Sequence record: PX068454.1
Reading direction: 5' to 3' (one strand)
From: a phage
DNA: 64,000 nucleotides
Under the pieces are notes generated by a model, which searched no databases, had not been told where the DNA came from, and saw only the letters and a program-made list of their open reading frames with translations. Shown here piece by piece: positions 44,598-54,372 of this stretch (the stretch's first letter is position 1; every line of letters starts with the position of its first letter). A program made the translations under genes and the position numbers.

Positions 44598-47500
44598 TTA
44601 AAGAGAGAAAGTCGCGTAGGCTCCCAGACGATACTGCTGGTCACCAGGGAACATAACACCTATAGAGGCTGTCCCTAGAATCCTGCCTTCCTTTCCAGAC
44701 TCCATTCTGAACCCTACCCATCCTGAACTCCTTGCAGCCTCGATGTTGTCGCTATACCCGAAAGTGGCAAGATCGTCAACACCAGCCCCAAACAGCAACT
44801 GAAGCTGACTTCTCGGAAGCCCTATAATTTCAGGAATATACGCACCAAAGTACACCATCTGCCCTACCTTAGGACCGCTGCCGTACTCCATCGGTTTGCT
44901 TGTAGAGAAAGTCTTCATACCAGAAGTACCTGCCGGATTAGGGTATGCCCCGTTTGTTGCTGTACCTATCCACATTCTCCACTGTGGTGCCATCTGTTTG
45001 ACAGTAAAAGATGTTGAAGACGTTTTGCGACCTGCATCATCAGTAGCTACAAACGTTATAGTGACATTACCAGGAGCTTTAAATGTTACCAGCCCTGTGG
45101 TAGCATCCACTGTTGCAATGTTGGTATTACTGCTTTCCCAAGTCTTTCTAATCCCAGACACATTGGAAGGGGTAATAGAAGGTTCCTGCATCTGCAGTTT
45201 ACCACCTACAATCCCTATGCCGTTACCGGGGTTATACAACACACCAACTTCATCTATAATGTTACCTGCCTTGAGACTATACTTCCTTGAGAAGTTGTAA
45301 GTTCCGTTATAAGTGTGTGTCCCTGAGAAGGTGACATCTGCTTTTCCGTAAGAGATGCAAACCAAAGCATACTTCCTGTCAGGCAACGTTTCTCCAGTCT
45401 CTGGGTGAGTTTTACCTACCTGGAACACACCCGGGTCAGTGGAGTCGTGGCTATCACTAACGGAGCTTGGACCACCCATCAGCTGTGACAAGCAATTCCT
45501 TACCCATGTCCAGTTATTATCGCTGGAGAAGTCCACAGTCAAATCAAACACAACCCACTCATTTGGCTTCCACACAGGTGTTGTAATGGACTTGCCTACG
45601 CCACCCCCTTGGAGTGTTGCCGACTGTTCGGTGATCAGGGCTGCATAGGCCAGAGTCCCTAAACTCAGAGTCTGGCTTGCTGTCCTTACTACCTTAGAAT
45701 CAGCATCTGTGAAGTTGTTGATTATTTGGAATGTGCCATAAGTGTTTTTACAGGTAATTCTGGCGTTCAGTGTGTCAATCTTCCTCACATCTGCCATAGC
45801 AGCGTTAGACACAGAGAAGTCAGAAGCTTTAGCTGAGTTTGCCGCAACAGCAGGATCAACGTTAAGAGTTGCGTTGAACTGACAGGCAGGGGTAACCAGC
45901 AGCTTGTTATCACCTATTTGCTTCCATGAAACACTTTGAACAGGAAGATTCCATTTAATACCTGAGAAAACTTTAGCAACCCTTGGCCCCAAAGCTCCAG
46001 TCCTGTTGTCTTTACAGCACATAGACATGGTGATCGTTGACGGAGCGGCTTGACCAAACAATTGCTGCGCTTTTGCAGAGGACATAGTGTAGAAATTGTC
46101 CTTAACAAACTCATCAGCAGCTAGAGATCCGTCAGCCCTCCACCACTGAACCTGATACCCTGTTTTATCCCAGCCTCCGACCTGCTTCAAGTCCTCCCAA
46201 GAGATTTCCAGATCCCCCGTGGTCGGGTTGATTGCAGCGGTCCCTGGTGTACCGGATGACCACAATGGGATATCAAACCACGCAGGTTTAACAGATTGCA
46301 CTGCATTAGGACCTATTGCAGCAGCAAGTTGTTGACCCATCAGCACGCGAGCATCTTTCACCAGGCCCCATTCTATCATAGATCCAGAGTAACCTTCTTT
46401 CTTGTAGGCAGAGGATCCGTTCAAATGGATGAGCCTGCTGCAGTCGAAGCCATACGCTCCACCACCGTTAGGATCTGCAAAGTTGGTTATGATTCTATCC
46501 CTAATATTTTTCCATGCCCTACCTCCAATCTCGTAGTCATGGTCATAACATCTTTGCAACGTTGTCCAGCAAATGATTGCCATTCTTCTGCCACCTGTGA
46601 ACCCGAAAGCGCCGTCATTCAGCTCTTTCCACAGGTAACAGTTGGTTGTCCACATAGCCCTGTGGATATTGAACCAGTTTATAGATTTAGCGGAGTTGTT
46701 CCACTGAGTTCCGGGTAATTCAGGCCACACTGCATTGACTAGCATGTCCTCTGTACCGGCATCCATTAAGAAACCTCTTACCTTCTTGCCCATACCTGCC
46801 CTGTCTTTAGCAATCCAATTGCCAAACAGTCTCAGTTTTGGACCATAAACAACATCCTCTGGGTGCTCAAAAGAGACATACTTTAAGTAGATTGTTGGGT
46901 CACCGTGGGTGCCATCACAAACACTTTTGTGCATGTTTTCGCCAAGGTCTAGACGAAGCCCCGTCACTACTTTAGACGTGTCGGTGAATTTGTCTGTTAA
47001 GTCAAATTCATACCACCACCACCCACCACCTAGCATAAATTTCTTGCATCGCACAGCGTCTGTGTCAGATATTCTCTTATCCCCTGCAAAAGGTGAATCA
47101 GCAAACTGATAGTGCAGAGCAGTCTCAAATAGGTGGGTGGAAGTTCCGTTCTCTGCAAGAACTTGCTTACCTATCAGATCGCACTTAATGATCATCACAA
47201 CACGCTTGTATCCGTTTGTTACCGGAACTTGCATAGATATGGATGTTCCATCCATGTTCGATCTTAGATCACTCATGATGATATAGGGGTCGACAGCGTT
47301 ACCTAAAGTTTCAGGCCCTGGAATTATCTTGTATTTCTTGACCTGGCCCATAAATCTGTCACTGGCGTAAGTTGCAGCCTCAAAACAAGAGCCACCACCA
47401 GGTAATTCTCCGGGTCCCCAGAAAAATGCCCCATAGCAGTTATAGAACCACTTATTAGGGTCGTATTTGTTCTTGAAGGTCTGGACCTCGTTGGCCTGTT

Positions 47501-50234
47501 TTGTCAAGAAAACCTGCGTATCTGTAAAGATTGCAGGATTTACCCTTGCCTGACGCGGAGGGTAACCTGTAGTTTGGTTAAACCACAAATTACAAGAGTA
47601 ATCCCTCATATAGTCATAATCAGAGTATTTGTTTACATCTTCGTTCCAACACATGTTTAGGTTGGTACCTCCCATGCATACAATATATTCTGCGACATAC
47701 TTATCACTTCTGGTAGGAATACCTATGAACCATCTGTTAACAGGCTCATCCCAAGCTGTGCGCTCATCTTTAACGCAGATAGCAATCCAGTCATGTGTTC
47801 CTGTTTTCTTGCACACATCTCGCTTCATACCATAGTAGAACTCTTTAGTATTTGGCTCAGGTGCATTTATCAGGTAACTCCATGCCTGATTTGCATAAGT
47901 CCCATTGGTGCGCGGATCATGGTCAAAGGCATACATGATGATCCTTTCCCCACCAAGATGTTCGCCAAGAGTAACTTTGACATTCACATCGCCGTAACCG
48001 TTGCGAACAACATCCATATTGTCAATAGAGATGCCTCTAGGGGTATAGGCAATTTTCAGTGAGTTATCCTCACTAGTGCCACCAAGAGTGATCCCTATGT
48101 TGTTTGTTGTCCCGTCGGCATATCTTACTGTAGCTTCCCAGCGTATTCCGAAATATCCTACATCATGGCTGACAATTTTCAATGTACGAGCGCCAGGGTG
48201 AGGTTTTCCAGGATCAGGCCAAGGGTCTGGGTGTTCGTGGACAGTCAACGACGTTCCGTTTTGCTCGTTAACCTGCAACATTTTACCACCTCTACCGTTA
48301 GGGTTGAACTCCCATACGGCCTGTGTCTGCACCAAGTTGTTGTAGGTATTTCGTCTCTGATCATAAATCTCTTGGGTAACATCATAAGTGACTGATCCAG
48401 CATCCATTCTGTGGAGTCGGACCATATACGATGTATCCCCTTCTACTGCAGGCTGAGTCCCATTCAGTCCGAAGTATACAGTATCGTTAACATGGAACTG
48501 CTTGTTTCTGCCAACGGTATGCCACTTGCCGTTGGACGGATACGCAGGAACTATGGTGTTCCAGTTCAAAGTCCTTGTCGTGTGAGTTCTGCCTGTGCCA
48601 TGCTTGTCATGATAGGTTATTTTTACAGAGTACAGGCCACGTCTGTTAACATTTCTGTTATACTGGGTAACAACAACTTCGTTGGCCCCGCCGTGGTTCC
48701 AGTTGGCGGAGAATTGGTAATTTGCATCTGTAACAACCGTACCTGCAGCATTCACCAGTTCAATCTTGTCAATAATGAACGTAGCCCCATCTGGCTGAGG
48801 CTTCAATTTCATCTTGACCGTGTCACCAATGTAGATATTGCTAACACTGCTAACACCATTAACGTCAAAAATATCCTCAACACCCCAACTGTCTACTGGG
48901 ACATTTTTATACCAATTCTCAGGAACCTCTGTGAACCCCTGACTGTTAAGTCTGCCGCCAAACAGGTTGTTAGAGCCTGCAAAACTTCCCCTTGGGACTC
49001 CTGACCACCAAAGTTTACCATTAACAACAGTGAAGGTTCCTAAGAAACCTTCCCTGTGGATGCCTTGGAAATAAACACTCTCTGTCCAGCTAACTGGCAG
49101 GCGTTGCTCAACATATTTAGCTGTAGCAAGAGCTTGATAGTGGATAAAATCGGCCCTAGGACTATTGTTTGCAGATTGTGCACCAATATCATTGCATAAG
49201 TTGCGAGAGAACCCACGATACTGCTTAGTGCCATTATTGAAGAAAATGCCACTTGTGCCGTACCCACGAGCCATTATTACCTCATGGGTGTAGGTGATAT
49301 TCAGTTCCCGCCATGTATCATCTCCCCAAATGTTTTGACCATAAAATACGTTAACAAGCTGCTGGTCATCGGGTCTGTGCATCCTCTGTGTGGCAATTAT
49401 TGCCCCGTTAGGACCGCACATAAACCCTTTCCACTCCTCATCTGCAGGAATGCCCCTCAAATCGTTACGAGTAATCTGCACAGGAGGCCAAACAAGGTCG
49501 TTTCTACTGTTATTTCTCAGAAAGTCATATCCAGCAATCCAGAAACCTCTAGGACCACCGAAAATAACAGAGTTGTCATGCACCTCGCAGTTGATGCTTG
49601 GGTTTTTCCAAGGACCTGTTTCAGGATTTTCCGATGTTTCACCAATCTTTACAGGGGTTGCATGCTGATTTTTATCTACATGCAAAGATCCGTAGGTGTT
49701 GTTACCAGATCCATACAGGTTAAGTATGCCAGTGCCTTCTGCCTCTGCAATAACCCAGACAGTGTTGTTAATACCACCCATCACCTCAATAAGGCGCTCT
49801 GGGTGGGTGTCAAGGTGCAACCCTTTAACGATCTGTTCAGGAAGAGGTGTCCACTCTCTTACACAAACATCATTACCGCCTGCAGCATCAGACCCAATAA
49901 GCCCTGCAGTGCAGCCGATGTAGAAAAACTGGTTATCAAAAGTTCGGATCACAAACGCACGGTCTGCTCTCCACACATGATCAACGTTCCAGGCAGCCTC
50001 GTTGGGATAGTTTATCGTGTCAAGATCCCCAGTGCGGCACTCTCCGAACCTGTTATAGCCTGTGATATTAAGTTGACCATCATCAAAAAGTATAGCTAAG
50101 CTATTTACATAGGATACTGTAGTGCTTGTGCCATCACTGTTGTCTATTGGGTATGACAGAACAGCAAGTTCCTTAATTCCACCCCTCTTATCGAGGAAAT
50201 GACGACCAAGTTTTAGCAAAGGGATTGGAAGCAT
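44598..50234 (-). CDS. giant structural protein (1878 aa) with Ig-like (Big_2-type) domain; candidate fibre or adhesin
   Basis: Single uninterrupted ORF; Big_2-like segment (TWESSNTNIATVDATTGLVTFKAPGNVTITFVATDDAGR); position at end of tail module. Confidence 0.6.
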   Translation of the reverse strand: MLPIPLLKLGRHFLDKRGGIKELAVLSYPIDNSDGTSTTVSYVNSLAILFDDGQLNITGYNRFGECRTGDLDTINYPNEAAWNVDHVWRADRAFVIRTFDNQFFYIGCTAGLIGSDAAGGNDVCVREWTPLPEQIVKGLHLDTHPERLIEVMGGINNTVWVIAEAEGTGILNLYGSGNNTYGSLHVDKNQHATPVKIGETSENPETGPWKNPSINCEVHDNSVIFGGPRGFWIAGYDFLRNNSRNDLVWPPVQITRNDLRGIPADEEWKGFMCGPNGAIIATQRMHRPDDQQLVNVFYGQNIWGDDTWRELNITYTHEVIMARGYGTSGIFFNNGTKQYRGFSRNLCNDIGAQSANNSPRADFIHYQALATAKYVEQRLPVSWTESVYFQGIHREGFLGTFTVVNGKLWWSGVPRGSFAGSNNLFGGRLNSQGFTEVPENWYKNVPVDSWGVEDIFDVNGVSSVSNIYIGDTVKMKLKPQPDGATFIIDKIELVNAAGTVVTDANYQFSANWNHGGANEVVVTQYNRNVNRRGLYSVKITYHDKHGTGRTHTTRTLNWNTIVPAYPSNGKWHTVGRNKQFHVNDTVYFGLNGTQPAVEGDTSYMVRLHRMDAGSVTYDVTQEIYDQRRNTYNNLVQTQAVWEFNPNGRGGKMLQVNEQNGTSLTVHEHPDPWPDPGKPHPGARTLKIVSHDVGYFGIRWEATVRYADGTTNNIGITLGGTSEDNSLKIAYTPRGISIDNMDVVRNGYGDVNVKVTLGEHLGGERIIMYAFDHDPRTNGTYANQAWSYLINAPEPNTKEFYYGMKRDVCKKTGTHDWIAICVKDERTAWDEPVNRWFIGIPTRSDKYVAEYIVCMGGTNLNMCWNEDVNKYSDYDYMRDYSCNLWFNQTTGYPPRQARVNPAIFTDTQVFLTKQANEVQTFKNKYDPNKWFYNCYGAFFWGPGELPGGGSCFEAATYASDRFMGQVKKYKIIPGPETLGNAVDPYIIMSDLRSNMDGTSISMQVPVTNGYKRVVMIIKCDLIGKQVLAENGTSTHLFETALHYQFADSPFAGDKRISDTDAVRCKKFMLGGGWWWYEFDLTDKFTDTSKVVTGLRLDLGENMHKSVCDGTHGDPTIYLKYVSFEHPEDVVYGPKLRLFGNWIAKDRAGMGKKVRGFLMDAGTEDMLVNAVWPELPGTQWNNSAKSINWFNIHRAMWTTNCYLWKELNDGAFGFTGGRRMAIICWTTLQRCYDHDYEIGGRAWKNIRDRIITNFADPNGGGAYGFDCSRLIHLNGSSAYKKEGYSGSMIEWGLVKDARVLMGQQLAAAIGPNAVQSVKPAWFDIPLWSSGTPGTAAINPTTGDLEISWEDLKQVGGWDKTGYQVQWWRADGSLAADEFVKDNFYTMSSAKAQQLFGQAAPSTITMSMCCKDNRTGALGPRVAKVFSGIKWNLPVQSVSWKQIGDNKLLVTPACQFNATLNVDPAVAANSAKASDFSVSNAAMADVRKIDTLNARITCKNTYGTFQIINNFTDADSKVVRTASQTLSLGTLAYAALITEQSATLQGGGVGKSITTPVWKPNEWVVFDLTVDFSSDNNWTWVRNCLSQLMGGPSSVSDSHDSTDPGVFQVGKTHPETGETLPDRKYALVCISYGKADVTFSGTHTYNGTYNFSRKYSLKAGNIIDEVGVLYNPGNGIGIVGGKLQMQEPSITPSNVSGIRKTWESSNTNIATVDATTGLVTFKAPGNVTITFVATDDAGRKTSSTSFTVKQMAPQWRMWIGTATNGAYPNPAGTSGMKTFSTSKPMEYGSGPKVGQMVYFGAYIPEIIGLPRSQLQLLFGAGVDDLATFGYSDNIEAARSSGWVGFRMESGKEGRILGTASIGVMFPGDQQYRLGAYATFSL

Positions 50235-50246
50235 TGTGTTCTCCAG

Positions 50247-50272
50247 ATAAGAAAACCGCCCCGTCAGGAGCG
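50247..50272 (-). terminator. putative rho-independent terminator
   Basis: Hairpin AACCGC-N-GCGGTT followed on minus strand by TTTCTTAT. Confidence 0.35.
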
Positions 50273-50282
50273 GTTAGATATA

Positions 50283-52028
50283 TTAACGTTGTGCAATTAC
50301 CACGTCTACGATATCACCAACACCGCAATACGTTAATTGCAGCAAGGTAACACTGTTAGCCTTGTTGTTAATAACAGGTGTTGCCGACAGGATAGCATAC
50401 TTATCGTGCAAAGTCACGTTGTGACCTACAGCATCCTGAATTACATAGATAACTGCAGTGAATGGATAAGGTTTATCTTCCGCTGATGTACCAGGCCATT
50501 GTCCTATTGTAAAATCCCCTTTCGCGTGGACAACATACATACTGGCCTGCCCGTTAGGTGTCCATGTCCCACTGGACGCGTCAACCTCCTCTAAATCAAA
50601 ATCTACCTTTCCTGCGTGGAAAGTAGGGGCAGTAATGGTTTTACCCGCCTCAATTTCTTGAGAGGTGGTTATCTTGCCACTGGAGTTAATGCCATTACAA
50701 ACAAAGTTGACATTGGAGAAGTCTGGCAGCCACCCAGTCACTGTGCCGGATATTTCAAGGTTGTGAAGGTGGGTGGTGCCCGTCCCTGCTGCGTTTAAAC
50801 TAACATCTCCATCTACCTGCAAGTTTCTGGTAACGTTGCAGTTTTCAGAGTTTGCAGTTGTTGCAGTTAAAGTAGTGGTTGTCAGCTCGGTAATTACACC
50901 TTTGTTGGCTGTAAGCCCTTCCCCTTCAAAAGTTGCACGCTCATTGACTCTTAGGGTATTCAGAGCTATGTTTTGGATAGAGGCTGTACCTCGAATAACT
51001 ACAGATCCGCCAACTTCTAAATCACCATTTATTAATGCGTCCCCCGTGCTTTCAATATAGCTAGGGTAAATCATGGTGCCATCGACAGAGTAGGTTATCC
51101 CTGTAACAGTACCTGTCACCTCAAGGTTCTTAACCCTGGTGGTCCCATCTACCTGCAATGTCGGTTCGGTTGCTGCCTTCATGGCATTACCACGAATGTA
51201 CACGTAGTCAAAAAAGTTATTACCTAGACCATCAAAATGCACATCGTTGTTATTAGCCACTGGTTTCCCAGAAGTTATAGTGTCAGCTATAACTCTGTGA
51301 GTTGATACTTCATGAGGTTGCAGCTCTGTGCTTCTCCAGTCTGCATGCTTAGGATCGCTCCACGCAAAAGTTAGTGTAGAAGTATTTGCCGTAAGGATTA
51401 GGTTCCTGAAGCGTGCAGTAGAATCTGCTCCATTAACAGGTCCGTGTAAGGTAAGGGTGCCCCCAACTATGGTGTTGGCAAGTTCTGTAAGACCTTTTAC
51501 CACCAAAGATCCTACAGTAACTTTCATCCCCTCCATGGCTTTAAATATGCTATCCACATAGTCAACAACAAACTCTGTGTTTGCTATAGATTCGGACTTA
51601 TCGTCCATTGGAGGTGTAGGTACTCTCGGGTCACCTTCGAACCTTGGACTGTTAAGTTTTGCGTAGTATTTTGCCATTACTGCAGAATCGGTATATAATC
51701 TCCAGTTCGGAGATTGTGAAGGATCTGCTGGCATCCTAACCGGGTTAGATTTTGATGCTGCTGGGGCGTACCACCACTGAGTGCCTGTATCCCCTTTAAA
51801 CTCGTACAACTGGTTAAAAACTGTTGTGGATGCACCATACGCCCAAGGGATTGGTGGCGTTTTAAAATAAAGGGTGTCAAGCATGGCTTTTCGTACCGTA
51901 GGGATAGTGGTCCCATCCTCTACGACAACTTCATCCACAGCGTTACCGTTGACAATCAAGTGCAAACGTTCAGAATCAACAATTACTTGATCTACCGCCT
52001 GCTCGAAGCTTGTCATGTCTTGCGCCAT
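50283..52028 (-). CDS. tail fibre or tailspike-like protein (581 aa)
   Basis: Gly/Thr/Asn/Val-rich repetitive composition typical of beta-helical fibre proteins; position in tail module. Confidence 0.55.
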   Translation of the reverse strand: MAQDMTSFEQAVDQVIVDSERLHLIVNGNAVDEVVVEDGTTIPTVRKAMLDTLYFKTPPIPWAYGASTTVFNQLYEFKGDTGTQWWYAPAASKSNPVRMPADPSQSPNWRLYTDSAVMAKYYAKLNSPRFEGDPRVPTPPMDDKSESIANTEFVVDYVDSIFKAMEGMKVTVGSLVVKGLTELANTIVGGTLTLHGPVNGADSTARFRNLILTANTSTLTFAWSDPKHADWRSTELQPHEVSTHRVIADTITSGKPVANNNDVHFDGLGNNFFDYVYIRGNAMKAATEPTLQVDGTTRVKNLEVTGTVTGITYSVDGTMIYPSYIESTGDALINGDLEVGGSVVIRGTASIQNIALNTLRVNERATFEGEGLTANKGVITELTTTTLTATTANSENCNVTRNLQVDGDVSLNAAGTGTTHLHNLEISGTVTGWLPDFSNVNFVCNGINSSGKITTSQEIEAGKTITAPTFHAGKVDFDLEEVDASSGTWTPNGQASMYVVHAKGDFTIGQWPGTSAEDKPYPFTAVIYVIQDAVGHNVTLHDKYAILSATPVINNKANSVTLLQLTYCGVGDIVDVVIAQR

Positions 52029-52037
52029 GATTTCTCC

Positions 52038-52304
52038 TTAAGCTTTTTGCTCTTCGTTTTTAACGTGGTCAGGGTGCTGGCAACCCCACCGGAGCGAGAT
52101 GAATTTGCTAATAAGCTGGGGGCAAGCTACCGAAGGTGCGTATATCCACGCATACCATTCAGGAAGCGTATCATTATACCCCATATGAATAAACACCCCA
52201 GTCATCACTGCCATGCCTATGTTTGACCATAGCTTAGATTGGGACACTTTCGTAGGGTCATCAGATGCCGCAACCAACCCCCATAAAAACTGAGTTAATT
52301 TCAT
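52038..52304 (-). CDS. small membrane protein (88 aa)
   Basis: Hydrophobic segments; downstream of fibre gene. Confidence 0.45.
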   Translation of the reverse strand: MKLTQFLWGLVAASDDPTKVSQSKLWSNIGMAVMTGVFIHMGYNDTLPEWYAWIYAPSVACPQLISKFISLRWGCQHPDHVKNEEQKA

Positions 52305-52313
52305 TTACCCTCT

Positions 52314-53360
52314 TTAAGCATAAGATATCGTGATCCATTGACCGTTTACAAATTTTTGAATAGCACCAGTCCAATAGTCACCTTGATACGGGTGTTTATA
52401 GGCGTAATTGCCGGAGCACATTACATGCCCAGGGTATACTCTTGATTCTCTGTAGGTGGTTCTGAAACGGTTTGCTATCCTTACATCTTCAACACCCCTA
52501 CTAGGCATAGGGATAGTAAGGTTACCACTGCTATCTGCGCTACTACCATTTACCCTGCGGACCACGTTTCTCCCACCAACTGTTGCATATTGACCTCTGG
52601 CGGTTTTATCGTTACAATCTACTCTTCCACCTATTTGAGCGCTGCCGCAGGATTGTTGTCCATTAACAGTGGCTCTTGGTATCGTTACCGCATTGGCATT
52701 TGCAGAGGAGCTTTTTGCATCATTGCATTCAAGATTTCCTTGGATAGCCAGTCTTGCACGGTTGGCAGTTATAGCATTGAGCTTCATAGCCGAAAACACA
52801 GGCTGCCCACCAGAAGGTTGAAATCTCCAACGGAAACCGTCTATTTGGTGAGAAGGATCATCAAGGTCTGTGCCGTCAGCGCCACCGATGTTGTCCATAA
52901 TCCAGAAATCCATCATCGTCTTGTCTGGAGTTATGGTGGTGTATATCGCCGCATTGTCTGTTGACGCAGATGCAAACTCAATTCTTTGAAGACCTAAAGT
53001 TTGAGTCTGGATCATTGTGTCTCCAGTCTTGTCAACATAAAGGTCATCCATTTCTTCAGGCGAGTATACATTGAGGACTTTACGTGCAGCAGCTTTGTCT
53101 GGAACGTCTGCCAGATTATTAGTGACCCTTAAGAATCTATTGTCCCATCCGGGGACAACATCTTCTGTTAAATGCTTTAGCCACGCAGAGAGCATGTGGA
53201 GTTCAAAGTTAACAACTTCACATGCTATCCTTTGTGTCATATCCCAACCTTTCAATCTCTCTTCTTTGTTCGGTTGAGACTTGTTCAACTCTCCTGTATT
53301 TTCAAGCACAACATCCTGATTGGCCCAAATATCAAGAGGGATAACTGGTTTAGTCATCAC
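52314..53360 (-). CDS. tail fibre protein, paralog 2 (348 aa)
   Basis: Motif TGDTMIQTQTLGLQRIEF; paralogous along its length to 54373-55413. Confidence 0.65.
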   Translation of the reverse strand: MMTKPVIPLDIWANQDVVLENTGELNKSQPNKEERLKGWDMTQRIACEVVNFELHMLSAWLKHLTEDVVPGWDNRFLRVTNNLADVPDKAAARKVLNVYSPEEMDDLYVDKTGDTMIQTQTLGLQRIEFASASTDNAAIYTTITPDKTMMDFWIMDNIGGADGTDLDDPSHQIDGFRWRFQPSGGQPVFSAMKLNAITANRARLAIQGNLECNDAKSSSANANAVTIPRATVNGQQSCGSAQIGGRVDCNDKTARGQYATVGGRNVVRRVNGSSADSSGNLTIPMPSRGVEDVRIANRFRTTYRESRVYPGHVMCSGNYAYKHPYQGDYWTGAIQKFVNGQWITISYA

Positions 53361-53447
53361 GTTCTCCTGAGAAAATTCCTTAAGGACTATTTTAACACTT
53401 TAGAGAACAAAATGCAAGAACGGCATCCTTGCCGTTCTGGCCTTTGT

Positions 53448-53762
53448 TTACCTTTTACTATGCTCTACAAGCATGTGTAAAATCTTTTGCACATCAGCTC
53501 TGATACCGGAGACATCTGTCCTGACATCTTGCTTAAGGTCGTTAATATCGGCCTCTAGCTTACTTAACCGGGTCTCGATAATGGAATCAAGTCTATCTTT
53601 TGTAACCATGCTATTTTTCACTAAAATGAGGTCTTTCTCCAGCTCATCCAACCTCTTGGAAATGCCTTTCCATTTGGTGTGCCACTGGTTGAAAGCCCAT
53701 ACACAGATCGGGACAACGGTACCCATGCAGATACCGTACAATGCCGCCAAATCCAACTCCAC
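53448..53762 (-). CDS. membrane-anchored coiled-coil protein (104 aa)
   Basis: N-terminal TM helix LAALYGICMGTVVPICVWAF followed by charged helical region. Confidence 0.45.
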   Translation of the reverse strand: MELDLAALYGICMGTVVPICVWAFNQWHTKWKGISKRLDELEKDLILVKNSMVTKDRLDSIIETRLSKLEADINDLKQDVRTDVSGIRADVQKILHMLVEHSKR

Positions 53763-53773
53763 AACACCTCCTC

Positions 53774-54358
53774 TTAGAGGGTAGGTCGTTCCGGGAAGAA
53801 AATGTCAGGGGCTTTAGATGTATCTATTTCAAGAAGTTTTACCCTGTACATTTTCAAATCTCTGATGTTGCGTTTTTGGTCATCAGTAAGATCGTATTCA
53901 AGGTCAATCATGTCTTGATAGGCACCAATTCTAGCAGTAGCCCAAGCAAGTTCTGTCTCTATGACACCCTCTGCCTGTTGAACAAAGAATTCATTGTCTG
54001 TGACAAATTCATCACCAACTAAACGCAAAGCGTCGTGGTGGAGCATAATGTTTTCTGGTACCTCTTCTTTTTTGGCGATAACCACACGAAGACCTGGAGC
54101 AGGCCACAAGGCATCAGGTTCTTCTGTAGATGTCTTAAGAATACCCTTCTCGTCAACAAGTAAGAAGATACAGCCTGGATTTTCTTGTCGCAGTGTTCGT
54201 GATTGCACATACCAATCGCCATCATCATTACGTAAAAAATATCCAGTGTATGCTGTGTAATCCTCAACCTCCTGAGGAGTCAGCTCCTTGGTCTCCTTGT
54301 TGGTGTAGTATTCGCCAGATCCCGGCTGGTAAAGTTTAAACTCTTGAAGTATTTTCAT
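53774..54358 (-). CDS. tail fibre assembly protein (Tfa-like chaperone)
   Basis: Directly downstream of fibre gene; C-terminal region typical of Tfa proteins; 194 aa. Confidence 0.55.
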   Translation of the reverse strand: MKILQEFKLYQPGSGEYYTNKETKELTPQEVEDYTAYTGYFLRNDDGDWYVQSRTLRQENPGCIFLLVDEKGILKTSTEEPDALWPAPGLRVVIAKKEEVPENIMLHHDALRLVGDEFVTDNEFFVQQAEGVIETELAWATARIGAYQDMIDLEYDLTDDQKRNIRDLKMYRVKLLEIDTSKAPDIFFPERPTL

Positions 54359-54372
54359 GCTAGTCCTCCGAT

